Below are positions 45,284 through 55,297 of a stretch of DNA of 64,000 nt, piece after piece. The translations under genes were made by a program, and so were the position numbers. The stretch is from NCBI GenBank assembly GCA_900315605.1, contig OMZU01000003.1, forward strand, positions 12,057 to 76,056, in the 5' to 3' direction. Within the stretch, counting starts at the first letter, position 1; the number at the start of each line of letters is the position of its first letter. The stretch is from an uncultured Eubacteriales bacterium. Its GTDB lineage: Bacteria; Bacillota; Clostridia; Oscillospirales; Acutalibacteraceae. The notes under the pieces were generated by a model. The model was not told the DNA's origin, did not search any database, and saw only the letters and a list, made by a program, of their open reading frames with translations.

Positions 45284-46201
45284 TCAGCTTATTGTATCGC
45301 CGATATTCAGCTTGTGACCCAGCAAAAACGCCTGAGCCGTCATTCGCTTTTTGCCCTCGGGCTGAAGCTCCTTTATCTCGACTGCCTTTTCTCCGCAGGC
45401 GATCACAAAAGGAGCAAGGCTCAGGATCTTGCCCGGTTCGCCGTTTTTGTCAACAACGGCTGTTGAATAAATCTTCATCTTTTTGCCGCCGATAACAGCG
45501 GTAGCGACCGGCCACGGATTAAGACCTCTTACAAGATCGTGTACCTCGTCCGCTGATTTTGAAAAGTCGATCGGACACATAGACTTGTCGATCTTGGAGG
45601 TATGCACCGCCTTGCTTTCGTCCTGCTTTTTCGGCACTACAGTTCCGTTTTCCAGCGCGTCGAGCGTGTTCAAAATCAGCTCTCCGCCCATTTGAGCAAG
45701 CCTGTCAAACAGCTCGCCCGAGGTTTCGTTTTCGCCGATCTCGGTTTCGGCAGTCAAAAGGATATCGCCGGTGTCAAGTCCTATATCCATCAGCATTGTC
45801 GTCAGTCCGGTCACCTTGTCGCCGTTGAGGACAGCCTGCTGTATCGGCGCGGCTCCTCTGTATTTTGGCAGAAGCGAGCCGTGGATATTCACACAGCCGT
45901 ATTTCGGAATTTCGAGCACCGACTGCGGCAAAATCTGTCCGTAAGCCGCCACCACGATCACGTCGGGCGCAAGCTCTTTTACAGCGTTCACCGCTTCCTC
46001 GCTTCTCATTGAAGCAGGCTGATAGACCTTGACTCCGTGCTTTTGCGCACAAACCTTTACGTCCGGCGGAGTCAAAATCATCTTTCTGCCCTTTGGCTTG
46101 TCGGGCTGAGTGAAAACCGCTGTCACCTCGTGCCGTGAGTTGATGAGCGTTTCAAGCGCGGGCACGGCAAAATCCGGCGTTCCCATATAAACAATTTTCA
46201 T
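45284..46201 (-). CDS. fmt: Methionyl-tRNA formyltransferase
   Basis: MGTPDFA, TQPD, NIHGSLLPKYRGAAPI. Confidence 0.97.
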   Translation of the reverse strand: MKIVYMGTPDFAVPALETLINSRHEVTAVFTQPDKPKGRKMILTPPDVKVCAQKHGVKVYQPASMRSEEAVNAVKELAPDVIVVAAYGQILPQSVLEIPKYGCVNIHGSLLPKYRGAAPIQQAVLNGDKVTGLTTMLMDIGLDTGDILLTAETEIGENETSGELFDRLAQMGGELILNTLDALENGTVVPKKQDESKAVHTSKIDKSMCPIDFSKSADEVHDLVRGLNPWPVATAVIGGKKMKIYSTAVVDKNGEPGKILSLAPFVIACGEKAVEIKELQPEGKKRMTAQAFLLGHKLNIGDTIS

Positions 46202-46207
46202 CTTGTT

Positions 46208-46687
46208 TTACTCCTGATTCATAGCTTCGATTTCTTTTGGCGTCAACATCCTCTCGACCTTTTGCTTGAAGATAATGCCGTTTAGATGGTCGATCTCATG
46301 ACAAAATGCCTTTGCCAAAAGCTCTCTGCCCTCGGTTTCAAATTCCTCGCCGTTTCTGTCCTGCGCTCTGACCTTGACGTAATCCGGCCGCTTGGTGATC
46401 CCCCATTCTCCGGGACACGAAAGGCAGCCCTCAACGCTCTTCTGCTCGCCGCTGAACGCGATTATGCGCGGATTGACCAGCTCGATAACGCCCTCGCCCA
46501 CGTCGATAACAACAACGCGCCTGAGCATTCCGACCTGGGGCGCCGCAAGGCCGACTCCGTTGTATTTATGCATTGTGTCCGCCATATCGTCGAGCAGCTC
46601 GGCCAGCTTTGCGTCAAATTTCTCAACAGGACGGCATTTTTTGGTGAGGACGCTGTCGCCCTCTTTTACAACATTTCTGATTGCCAT
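46208..46687 (-). CDS. def: Peptide deformylase
   Basis: GVGLAAPQVG, EGCLS, HEIDHLNG. Confidence 0.97.
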   Translation of the reverse strand: MAIRNVVKEGDSVLTKKCRPVEKFDAKLAELLDDMADTMHKYNGVGLAAPQVGMLRRVVVIDVGEGVIELVNPRIIAFSGEQKSVEGCLSCPGEWGITKRPDYVKVRAQDRNGEEFETEGRELLAKAFCHEIDHLNGIIFKQKVERMLTPKEIEAMNQE

Positions 46688-46701
46688 ATTATCCTTCCTT
46701 A

Positions 46702-49155
46702 TCAGCAAACCGGAGCGTTCATGTCGGCATAGGCGGTGACGGTGGAAAATTCCCTTTTGCCGCCGAACTCGATCAGCGTGTCCGAAAGCAGCCTTCTGAA
46801 CTCACGGTTGTTTTTGCATTTTATAATAAGCTTGTATCTGTATTTGTTGCTGACCCTGACAACAAGTGCGGGCGACGGTCCCAAAAGTCTGAGAGGAAGC
46901 TTGGGGTGATCCCGGCTTGCGCGCGCGGCAAATTCGCTGAGAAACTCGTTTGCGCCCTTTAGGGTCAGAGCCTGGTTTTCTCCGACAAAGCCCACAAGGC
47001 AGATGTCGGCAAACGGCGGATAGAGCATTGCCTCTCTGACACCGATCTCGGTGTTGAAAAAGGCGTTGTAATCCTGCTTTGCCGCCATTGAAATTATAAG
47101 ATTGTCGGGAGTGAAGGACTGGATCACAGCCAAGCCCTTGTCCTCTCCCCTGCCGCTGCGGCCGACGACCTGGGTAAGAAGCGAAAAGGAACGCTCATAG
47201 CTGCGGTAATCGTCGGCATACAGCATAAGATCTGTATTAAGCACGCCCACAAGCGTGACGTTTGGAAAGTCAAGTCCCTTTGCCACCATCTGCGTGCCAA
47301 CCAGTATATCGTACTCGCCGTTTGAAAAGGCGGTGATCATTTTTTCGTAGGACGACCTTGTTGAGGTCGCGTCCGTATCCATTCTCAATATCCTAGCCTC
47401 GGGAAAAAGCTCCGAGATATCCTTCTCCGCCTTTTGGGTCCCCGTTCCGCCAAAACGCAGAGCGTGGCTGTGGCAGGCAGGACACTCATTGACATAAGGA
47501 ACGGAATATCCGCAGTAATGACACATCAGGCGGTTGTTTCTGCTGTGATATGTCAGCGATATCGAGCAGTTGGGGCAGGTCAGCGGCTCTGAGCACATTG
47601 AGCAGGTCACAAAGGTGTTGTGCCCTCTGCGGTTAAGCAGGATTATGGACTGCTTGCCGTGCTCAAGGTTGTATTCGATGTTTTGCAGCAAAACCTCGGA
47701 AAATCCCGAGACGTTGCCGTTTTGCAGCTCAAGCCTCATATCGGCTGTGATGACCTCGGGCAAAACCGCCCTGCCGTAACGCCTGCTCAGGGTATTGAGC
47801 GAATATCTTCCCTTTTTGGCATAATAATAGGTCTCTATGCTCGGTGTTGCCGAACTGAGCACCAACAGCGCGTTGTGCTGAGCACAGCGATACATTGCGA
47901 TCTCCCTTGCATGATACCGCGGCGTGCTCTCGGACTTGTAGCTGTTTTCCTGCTCCTCGTCCATGATTATCAAGCCCACGTCCTCAAAGGGCGCAAAAAC
48001 CGCGCTGCGCGTTCCGATAACTATTTGAGCCAAGCCCTTTTTTACGCGCTTGTACTCGTCAAGCCGCTCGCCAAGCGAAAGCGCGCTGTGAAAAACTGCG
48101 ATCTTGTCGCCGAAGCGTCTTGAAAACTGCGAAACAAACTGCGGAGTGAGAGAGATCTCGGGCACCATGACTATTATGCCTCTGCCGTCGGAAATGATCC
48201 TCTCGATAAGCTTGATAAAAACGCTCGTCTTGCCTGAGCCGGTAACTCCGTAAAGCAGGCTGACGTGCGGCTTTTCGTCGCGGTACTCGCCAAAAAGGTT
48301 GTCGCAGGCGGTCTGCTGTTCGTCGGAAAGGGTCAGCGGCGAGAGCTTTTCGTCAGCCTCGCGCGAATCGATCCTGAACACCTCTTCGTCGTAAAAATAC
48401 ACCAGTCCCTTTTTCCTCAGTCCTTCGATGACCGACGCCGAAGCTCCGGTAAAGTAGCGGATGTCCTTGATCGACGCCGCGCCCGACATCAAAATCAGCT
48501 CAAATATCTCGCGCTGTCTGTCGGTGAGCTTTTCGGAAAAATTCTCCGCCCCCACAACGGGAGCAACCATTTTTGCGACCGCGTCGCCTATCCTGCGAAA
48601 CGCCTCGTCGGATTTGTAAAGCAGCCCCTCCGAGACCATGCTTTCCAAAAGCTCGTCGGTTTCTAGCCCGAAATCGTCAAGCAGCTTTTCGCGCCTGACC
48701 GCCTTGCGCCTTGAGAGCAGGTAGTTATATATCCTCAGCCTGTCGCCCTCAAGCTCCAAGTCGGCTTCTGTTTCGGTTCTTGCCGCTCCGTAGACCGTGG
48801 TCACCTTGTAGTTTATACCGGCAGGCAGCATGGTCTTTGCCGCGTCATACAGCGTGCAAAAGCAGTGCTCCTTCATAAACCGCGCAACGTCGATCATGTC
48901 CGGCGACAAAACCGGCTCGCTGTCGAGAACCGCCGCGATGCTTTTAAGCCTGTCGGCATTTTCAACGCTTTTTGCGCTTTTGATCTCAGTAACTATCGCC
49001 TGGCGTTTTTTGTTGCCTCTGCCAAACGGCACAAGCACCCTTACGCCGGCGACACAGGTGTTTGAGAGGTGGGGCGGAACAAGATAGCTGAACTCTGTGT
49101 CAAAGGAATAAACGGCTTTTTCAACCGCGACCCTCGCAACAGGCTCAGAGCTCAT
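46702..49155 (-). CDS. priA: Primosomal protein N'
   Basis: GVTGSGKT, PEISLT, DEEQE, two CxxC pairs, GTQMVAKGLDF, QVVGRSGR. Confidence 0.97.
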   Translation of the reverse strand: MSSEPVARVAVEKAVYSFDTEFSYLVPPHLSNTCVAGVRVLVPFGRGNKKRQAIVTEIKSAKSVENADRLKSIAAVLDSEPVLSPDMIDVARFMKEHCFCTLYDAAKTMLPAGINYKVTTVYGAARTETEADLELEGDRLRIYNYLLSRRKAVRREKLLDDFGLETDELLESMVSEGLLYKSDEAFRRIGDAVAKMVAPVVGAENFSEKLTDRQREIFELILMSGAASIKDIRYFTGASASVIEGLRKKGLVYFYDEEVFRIDSREADEKLSPLTLSDEQQTACDNLFGEYRDEKPHVSLLYGVTGSGKTSVFIKLIERIISDGRGIIVMVPEISLTPQFVSQFSRRFGDKIAVFHSALSLGERLDEYKRVKKGLAQIVIGTRSAVFAPFEDVGLIIMDEEQENSYKSESTPRYHAREIAMYRCAQHNALLVLSSATPSIETYYYAKKGRYSLNTLSRRYGRAVLPEVITADMRLELQNGNVSGFSEVLLQNIEYNLEHGKQSIILLNRRGHNTFVTCSMCSEPLTCPNCSISLTYHSRNNRLMCHYCGYSVPYVNECPACHSHALRFGGTGTQKAEKDISELFPEARILRMDTDATSTRSSYEKMITAFSNGEYDILVGTQMVAKGLDFPNVTLVGVLNTDLMLYADDYRSYERSFSLLTQVVGRSGRGEDKGLAVIQSFTPDNLIISMAAKQDYNAFFNTEIGVREAMLYPPFADICLVGFVGENQALTLKGANEFLSEFAARASRDHPKLPLRLLGPSPALVVRVSNKYRYKLIIKCKNNREFRRLLSDTLIEFGGKREFSTVTAYADMNAPVC

Positions 49156-49351
49156 CTTCGTCCGGCTCAATAAGATTGATCTCGTGATTTTTGATTTCGT
49201 CAATTGCAAGCAAAACCGGCTTGTCGGCGGTCACGATCTCCTCGTCAACAAAGGTCTGAGTGATCTGTCTCGCTCTTTTTGACACGCCTACAACCAGCGC
49301 GTACTTGCTCTGCTTTCCCTTGAATAATTCGTCTACGTCTACTCTGTGCAT
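49145..49351 (-). CDS. rpoZ: RNA polymerase omega subunit
   Basis: SKYALVVGVSKRARQI, KPV..AI.EI; follows gmk. Confidence 0.9.
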   Translation of the reverse strand: MHRVDVDELFKGKQSKYALVVGVSKRARQITQTFVDEEIVTADKPVLLAIDEIKNHEINLIEPDEDEL

Positions 49352-49390
49352 AACAATTCTCCTTGCTGCGCCAAACGCGCGTTAAATTTG

Positions 49391-49969
49391 TCAGCGATTT
49401 TCGCTTCTTTCTCTTTTGAGAATATCCATGATCTCGTCAACCGCTTTTTCAAGCTCGGCGTTGACAACGTTGTATTTATATCTGTCCTTGTATTTGATCT
49501 CTTCCTCAGCCTGCTCCAGACGCTTTTTTATTGTTTCGGCGTCCTCGGTGCCGCGTTTGTTGAGTCTGTGCTCAAGCACCTCCATCGAGGGGGGAAGAAT
49601 GAAGATCGAAAGGATGTCGGGGTACTTTTCAAGGATCTGAACTCCGCCCTGGACCTCGATCTCCAAAAATACGTCGTAGCCCTCGTCGAGCAACTCAAAG
49701 ACCTGCTTTTTGGGCGTTCCGTAATAGTTGTCGCAGTATTTGGCATATTCAAGATAACCGTCCTGCGCGATTTGTCTTTCAAATTCCTCGACGCTGACAA
49801 AGTTGTACTGAACTCCGTCAACCTCGCCTTCTCTGGGAGCTCTTGTGGTGTTTGAAACCGAAAGCCTCAGGTTGTCGTCGCGCTTCATAAGCTCGGCAAG
49901 TATCGTACCCTTGCCCACTCCCGACGAGCCTGTGTACAAAATCAGCGTTCCCTGTCTTTTACTGTTCAT
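49391..49969 (-). CDS. gmk: Guanylate kinase
   Basis: [29 protein letters not shown]. Confidence 0.97.
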   Translation of the reverse strand: MNSKRQGTLILYTGSSGVGKGTILAELMKRDDNLRLSVSNTTRAPREGEVDGVQYNFVSVEEFERQIAQDGYLEYAKYCDNYYGTPKKQVFELLDEGYDVFLEIEVQGGVQILEKYPDILSIFILPPSMEVLEHRLNKRGTEDAETIKKRLEQAEEEIKYKDRYKYNVVNAELEKAVDEIMDILKRERSENR

Positions 49970-50216
49970 CCTTATCCTCCACGCTTTCTTCTGTTCTGTT
50001 CTGGATCGCCTCGCAGGAAATCGCCGACAAAACAACATGGTTGCTGTCGGTGATCATCACCGCCTTGCACCTTCGTCCGCAGGTCGCGTCGATCAGCAGT
50101 CCCTTGGACTTTGCCTCCTGAACGATTCGCTTGACCGGAGCGGCGTCGGGCGCGACAACGGCAATAAGCTTGTCAAGGCTGACAAGATTTCCGAATCCTA
50201 TGTTAATAAGCTTCAT
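49959..50216 (-). CDS. remA: DUF370 / RemA-family protein
   Basis: [25 protein letters not shown]; yicC-remA-gmk synteny. Confidence 0.9.
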   Translation of the reverse strand: MKLINIGFGNLVSLDKLIAVVAPDAAPVKRIVQEAKSKGLLIDATCGRRCKAVMITDSNHVVLSAISCEAIQNRTEESVEDKDEQ

Positions 50217-50225
50217 GAACTCACC

Positions 50226-51110
50226 TTACTCAATATTCTGGACCTGCTCGCGGATCTTTTCGATCTCGCTTTTGATCTCAACCACCTTGTGAGCAAGCTC
50301 CGCGTCCTGTACCTTTGAGCCGATCGTGTTTGCCTCGCGGTTCATTTCCTGGATAATAAAATCGATTTTTCTGCCCACCGGCTCGTTGTATTCCAAGAAT
50401 TTTTCGAGCTGTTCAAGGTGGCTGCGCAGCCTTACGGTTTCTTCGGCAACGGCGACCTTGTCGGCAAACACCGCGACCTCGGTAAGAATCCTCTGCTCGT
50501 CGATCTCAACGCTCATGCCCTCAAGGGTCTGGTTGATCCTGTCAAGCAGTCTTTGCTCGTATTCCTTAACGGTCTGCGGCGAACGCTCTTCGATCTCGGC
50601 AACTATATCAAGGATCCTTGCGGCTCTGCTGAGAATGTCCGCCTTCATTTTTTCGCCCTCGACCTCTCTCATGGCAACAAAGGAGTCCAGCGCGGTCTGA
50701 GCGGCGCAAAGCACGTCGGCGGTGATTTTTTCTTCGTCCTCAGGTGCCTTGTGAACGGTATAAACGTCCGGAAAGCGCGACAGCGAGCAAACAGTCACGT
50801 CGTTTTCGATCCCGTAGGTATCGCTGATTTCTTTCATCGCGCTGATATATCCCGAAACAAGCTGATGGTTCACGGTGACCTCGGCAGGGGTGTCCTCCGC
50901 CGCGCCGATAGTTACAAACATATCGATTTTGCCTCTTGATACCCTTGAACCGACAAAGCTTTTCAGCTTGTCGTCAACAAAGCCGTAGCCCCTGGGAGTA
51001 CGGCAGGAAAACTCAAAATAGCGGTGATTAACACTCTTGATCTCAACTGTGATCTCTCTGCCGCCCAACTCCGCGTCACAGCGACCGAAGCCGGTCATTG
51101 ACCTTATCAT
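50226..51110 (-). CDS. YicC/YloC-family endoribonuclease
   Basis: SMTGFGR, EIKSVNHR, EE..RL..H, GRKIDF..QEMNRE.NTIGSK. Confidence 0.93.
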   Translation of the reverse strand: MIRSMTGFGRCDAELGGREITVEIKSVNHRYFEFSCRTPRGYGFVDDKLKSFVGSRVSRGKIDMFVTIGAAEDTPAEVTVNHQLVSGYISAMKEISDTYGIENDVTVCSLSRFPDVYTVHKAPEDEEKITADVLCAAQTALDSFVAMREVEGEKMKADILSRAARILDIVAEIEERSPQTVKEYEQRLLDRINQTLEGMSVEIDEQRILTEVAVFADKVAVAEETVRLRSHLEQLEKFLEYNEPVGRKIDFIIQEMNREANTIGSKVQDAELAHKVVEIKSEIEKIREQVQNIE

Positions 51111-51328
51111 TCAATTCATCCTTTCGTCTGTTTTTATATCAAAAATCTGTTGTATTTGCGTTTATAAAGTATTATATCACTATTATAATTATATTTCAAT
51201 GGAGTTATTACAAAATTGTAATATTTAATTCTTCAACTTTCATATACCAAAACAGTTGATTTATCCGCAAAAAAGTAGTATTATATAAGGCGATACAATT
51301 TCAAATTCTCCCAAGGAGGTATTTTAAC

Positions 51329-52465
51329 TTGGACGATAACAAGGAAATATTAAATCAAAACACCCAAAACGCCGAAGCTGCCGTTGAGCAGGCAGCCGAA
51401 AATGCCGCCGGCGCCGCAGAAGCTGCTGCGGAAAGCGTTGAAAATGCAGCCGAGAATGCTGCTGAGGCCGTAGCGGAGGGCGCAGAAAATGCTGCAAATG
51501 CCGTAACGGAAGGCGTTGAGAATGTCGCTCAGACCGCTTCTTCTCTCACGGATTCGCTTGAAGGAGCCGCTTCGCAAATCGCTCCCGAGGCTCCGAAAAA
51601 AAAGAAAAGGCTGATCCAGACCCCGGTTATAATCGCCTTTGCGCTTGTTTGTGCGGTCGCACTCGGATTTTTGGTTTTCAAGCTCTTCTTCAACAATGAT
51701 GTTGCTGGAACCTGGGTTTATAAATATCCCCAGCCCACCCAAGAAGAAATGATGGGACTTGAATCCACGATAGACGAAGCCGACAGAGATTATGTTGACT
51801 ACTACTTTGATTTCCAGACCACAGCCGCCGAAATGCAGGAGGGCTCCTCAATTGAGGGCGCGAAGGTCGCCAAGGTCACGATCGGTACTCTCACCTACGA
51901 GGGCTACTACCTGACCTCTGCTACCGAGGAAGGCTCAACTCTGACCGTAACGGTGCCAAACGTTATGTCGGGCTCGTTCGACTATGAGCTTTCGGGCAAT
52001 ATGTTCACCGGCAGAGAGCTGAAGCTTATCAGCCCCTATGCAGACCAGACCCAGGGCGGCGAAGGCGAGTTCATCTTTAAGTCAGCGACCTACAGCGTTC
52101 CAAAGCTTGAGCGCGAGGGCGAGTTCAAGACCGACGACAAGCTCTTTGGCAAGTGGGTATATGACGACGGAACCAATATCCTCACCTATGATTTCAAGGA
52201 GGACGGTTCGGCGCACTACACCGAGAAGATCTCTTCAAACTCAATGTACGGCGAGCCTATGCTTTCAAAAATCAGTCTTGACGCACTTTACACCTGCGAG
52301 GACGGAAACTTTACGCTTTTCTATTACTACAATGACCTCTACATTACAGGCAAGGCAAATGAGATGGCGGCGGTTTATTCGTTCGACGGCGACAAGCTGC
52401 TTATCAACGGACTTGAATTTGTAAGAGAGGGCGCGTCAACCGCCGACTCGGCAAAGCAATCATAA
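51329..52465 (+). CDS. Single-pass membrane protein: Ala/Glu/Asn-rich N-terminus, TM, two GxW beta-rich extracellular domains
   Basis: TTG start with AGGAGG RBS; AENAA repeats; VAGTWV and LFGKWV domain starts. Confidence 0.7.
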   Translation: MDDNKEILNQNTQNAEAAVEQAAENAAGAAEAAAESVENAAENAAEAVAEGAENAANAVTEGVENVAQTASSLTDSLEGAASQIAPEAPKKKKRLIQTPVIIAFALVCAVALGFLVFKLFFNNDVAGTWVYKYPQPTQEEMMGLESTIDEADRDYVDYYFDFQTTAAEMQEGSSIEGAKVAKVTIGTLTYEGYYLTSATEEGSTLTVTVPNVMSGSFDYELSGNMFTGRELKLISPYADQTQGGEGEFIFKSATYSVPKLEREGEFKTDDKLFGKWVYDDGTNILTYDFKEDGSAHYTEKISSNSMYGEPMLSKISLDALYTCEDGNFTLFYYYNDLYITGKANEMAAVYSFDGDKLLINGLEFVREGASTADSAKQS

Positions 52466-52477
52466 ACGAATAGTTTC

Positions 52478-52509
52478 AGGCAACAGCACAGCCCGTGCTG
52501 TTGCCTTTT
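52478..52509 (+). terminator. Intrinsic terminator
   Basis: aggcaacagcac agccc gtgctgttgcct then T run. Confidence 0.85.
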
Positions 52510-52529
52510 GTGTTTTTAGGGAGATTTCT

Positions 52530-53906
52530 GTGACTAGTAATCACTCACATCGGTTCACAATTGCATTGCTCTCGGCAGCAGTTATCGCGGCGGCTTTTTT
52601 AGTAAAGCCCTGCCTTTTTGCGGCTGATTCCGCCGAAAAGGATATCTCCGAAGCACTTGCAGAATGTCACAGGGTGTATCCGCTCAGCGGCTCAAGGGGC
52701 GGTTTCCTTTACGGCTACACCGCAAACACGCTCTATTCCGCCCAGCTTTTGCCCGACGAAGCCTTGACATACGTTACCGTCAGCGGCATAATCCGCGCCG
52801 TGAGCCACAGCGGAGACTGCGCCTACGCGCTTTATGACAGCTCATCTTCTCAGCGCGATTCGTGCGTGCTGAAGCTGAACATCGAAAGCGGCGAATATGA
52901 AAGCTTTTCCGTCGGCAAGCTCGGCAGTGCCGACAAGACCTCCTTTGCGGTCAGCGACGACGAAGCATTTGTTATCAAAACCGACGATATCTATGCCTAC
53001 GTTCAAAGCTTCCGGCTCGGTGGAAATGAGCTTCACAAATATAAATTCAATTCAAATTTAAGCAGGCTGTTTCAGGACGGCAGCAATGTTTTTGCCCTGC
53101 TTTATACAGGCGAGCTGTACCAAATCGGCAACGGAAGCTCGCAATATGTCGCGCGGCTTGAAACCGACAGCACGCCGTTCAATGCCGGAGACGGATATAT
53201 CGTCACCGACAAGCATGAGCTGGTTTCGCTTTATGACGGGAGCACGGAATATATGATGAGTGCAAAGCCAAAGCTAACGACCGCCTCGGAATATGGGCTG
53301 ATAACGCACAGCGGCAGCTCGGTAAAATGCGGCAGCCGCGAGGTTTTGCGCTGCTCAAGCCCTGCCTATGTTTTATCCTGCAAGAATCTTTGCGCTGCTG
53401 TTTATTCCGATTTCAGCTACGACATCACAAAGCTGAATACCGAAAATGATAACGCTAAACCTGACAAATCACCGGCAGAAAGCAACCGCAGCCTCCGCAA
53501 CAACAGCGTCGGTCAAAGTGATGACGACGAAATCTCGCTCACCATTCCCTATACGATACGCAACAGAACGATCTGCGATGTTGAATCCTCGCTGAGCGTT
53601 TCGGAATTTTTCTCGCGCTTTGACAAAAAACCCGAGCTATACAACGCAGACGGCGCGCGAATTTACAACGGAAACATCAAAACAGGATACACCATCAGAT
53701 ACAACGACGCTTTATACGAAATCGCGGTAAAGGGAGACTTGAACTGCGACGGCAAATTAAAGGACAACGACGTTAGCGCGCTCATGCTCCATTTAGCCGG
53801 CAAAAAGCCCCTGACCGGCGCGAGCCTGATCGCCGCAGACTATAACCTCGACAGCCGGGTCAGCAACGCCGATCTGGTGCTTATGGCAAAGGCAGCAGAA
53901 AAATAG
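52530..53906 (+). CDS. Secreted protein with C-terminal type I dockerin
   Basis: N-terminal hydrophobic signal; KGDLNCDGKL...D..ADYNLDSRVSNADLVLM. Confidence 0.8.
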   Translation: MTSNHSHRFTIALLSAAVIAAAFLVKPCLFAADSAEKDISEALAECHRVYPLSGSRGGFLYGYTANTLYSAQLLPDEALTYVTVSGIIRAVSHSGDCAYALYDSSSSQRDSCVLKLNIESGEYESFSVGKLGSADKTSFAVSDDEAFVIKTDDIYAYVQSFRLGGNELHKYKFNSNLSRLFQDGSNVFALLYTGELYQIGNGSSQYVARLETDSTPFNAGDGYIVTDKHELVSLYDGSTEYMMSAKPKLTTASEYGLITHSGSSVKCGSREVLRCSSPAYVLSCKNLCAAVYSDFSYDITKLNTENDNAKPDKSPAESNRSLRNNSVGQSDDDEISLTIPYTIRNRTICDVESSLSVSEFFSRFDKKPELYNADGARIYNGNIKTGYTIRYNDALYEIAVKGDLNCDGKLKDNDVSALMLHLAGKKPLTGASLIAADYNLDSRVSNADLVLMAKAAEK

Positions 53907-53915
53907 TATTAGTAC

Positions 53916-53948
53916 AAAAAACCTCGCACCGATGCAGTGCGAGGTTTT
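53916..53948. terminator. Terminator at end of Dlt-like operon
   Basis: aaaacctcgcac..gtgcgaggtttt. Confidence 0.85.
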
Positions 53949-53954
53949 GTTTTA

Positions 53955-55118
53955 TCATTTTATATACGCTTCGATCTTCTTGATTTGGTCATCGCTTTCG
54001 CCGATTTCTTTGTTTTTGCCCTGCTTTATCATGTCAACGTTGTAATCGTAGTACGCCTCGTAATATTTAACCGATTCGTCCCACTCAGCCTTTTGCTTGT
54101 CGGTCAGATCTGCGGCTGTGATGCCGTAGTTTTCCATCATGTACTCGCAAAGGTACTCGGTGAATTTCTTTTGACCGTAAACGTTAAGGTGATCCAGATT
54201 GTAAAAATCATTCTGCAAATCAAGCGGAAGCTTTGAGCAGTCGCGCTCAAGATCAAGATATTCAACACCGTATTCTTCAAGAATTTTTCTTGTGTAGTTG
54301 TTGCGGTAATATCTTTCGAGCGTGGTTTTGTCAACGATATGCGGAAAACGTGTAAACACAACGTTGTCGATGTTTTCCTCCTTGAGCCAGTCAAGCAGCT
54401 CGCGCAGGTATTTTTCGCAGTTTTCGCTGATCTCGCTGGTCTTGGTCAGCGTGGGCAGCTCGTCGTTATAGATTTTGTTATTGGTGGTAAAAACCTGGGT
54501 CTTGTTCTTCGCGCCCTTTAGCAGAGAATAGCCCCTGAATTGACTGTCGATAGTGCCCTTTGACCAGTGCAGCCATTTTGGCCAGTCGTTCCAAATATTG
54601 TGGTATTTTACGATCGGATTGTAATACTCAAAGATCTCTCCGTATTCGTCGATCGTTGCAATGCCCGAATCAATATATGTATTTATACCCTCGACCTTGA
54701 TCTCATCAAGCGGAGTATTGTCATAATAGTTTCTGAAATTTGCGTCGTTGTCAAGCTGAACGTCGCTTCCGTATATAACGCCGTTGAGCTCGCACAAAAT
54801 CAGCTTTGGATGCTGATTTTTGATCGCATTTTGGATCTGAGCCTTGTAATTGAGGATCGTGCTGGACTGAGAAGCAAGCGGATAGCTTGTGATGCCGTAT
54901 TTTTCATAGGCATAGCAAGAAGAGAAATCCGCGTAGGTCTCGCTTGCACCAACAATAACAACGTCGAGCGAATCCTTGTCCTCAAGATAAAAGCCCTTTA
55001 CGCGCTGGCGGTTGTGGTCGGTGTGGGCAAGAACAAATTCCTGCAAAACACCCACGGCAATCAAAATCGCCAGCAAGAGCGAAAGAATCTTGACGGTGCG
55101 AATAAGATATTTTTTCAT
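53955..55118 (-). CDS. SGNH/DltD-like extracytoplasmic acyltransferase partner
   Basis: N-terminal TM, VVIVGASE serine motif, C-terminal FYNLDHLN..G His motif; follows MBOAT. Confidence 0.75.
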   Translation of the reverse strand: MKKYLIRTVKILSLLLAILIAVGVLQEFVLAHTDHNRQRVKGFYLEDKDSLDVVIVGASETYADFSSCYAYEKYGITSYPLASQSSTILNYKAQIQNAIKNQHPKLILCELNGVIYGSDVQLDNDANFRNYYDNTPLDEIKVEGINTYIDSGIATIDEYGEIFEYYNPIVKYHNIWNDWPKWLHWSKGTIDSQFRGYSLLKGAKNKTQVFTTNNKIYNDELPTLTKTSEISENCEKYLRELLDWLKEENIDNVVFTRFPHIVDKTTLERYYRNNYTRKILEEYGVEYLDLERDCSKLPLDLQNDFYNLDHLNVYGQKKFTEYLCEYMMENYGITAADLTDKQKAEWDESVKYYEAYYDYNVDMIKQGKNKEIGESDDQIKKIEAYIK

Positions 55119-55135
55119 TACGAAGGTTCTCCTTA

Positions 55136-55297
55136 GGGCACCTCTAAAAACCTTTTGTTGTTCAGAGGTGCGGATATTTTACAGTAGATTTGCGTCAAAA
55201 CGACGAAGTCATACCGGCGTATAACGAGGAGCTTTGGCGGCAAATATGCTGTAAAAGATTTGTGACTATGGGTAGCAATAGGTTTTTAGCGGTGACC
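55136..55297. mobile_element. 162-bp MITE-like element (family C) flanked by TA, inside the Dlt-like operon
   Basis: TA-GGGCACCTCTAAAAACCT vs reverse-complement TA-GGTCACCGCTAAAAACCT (16/18); second inner IR at ~55177-55258. Confidence 0.65.
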
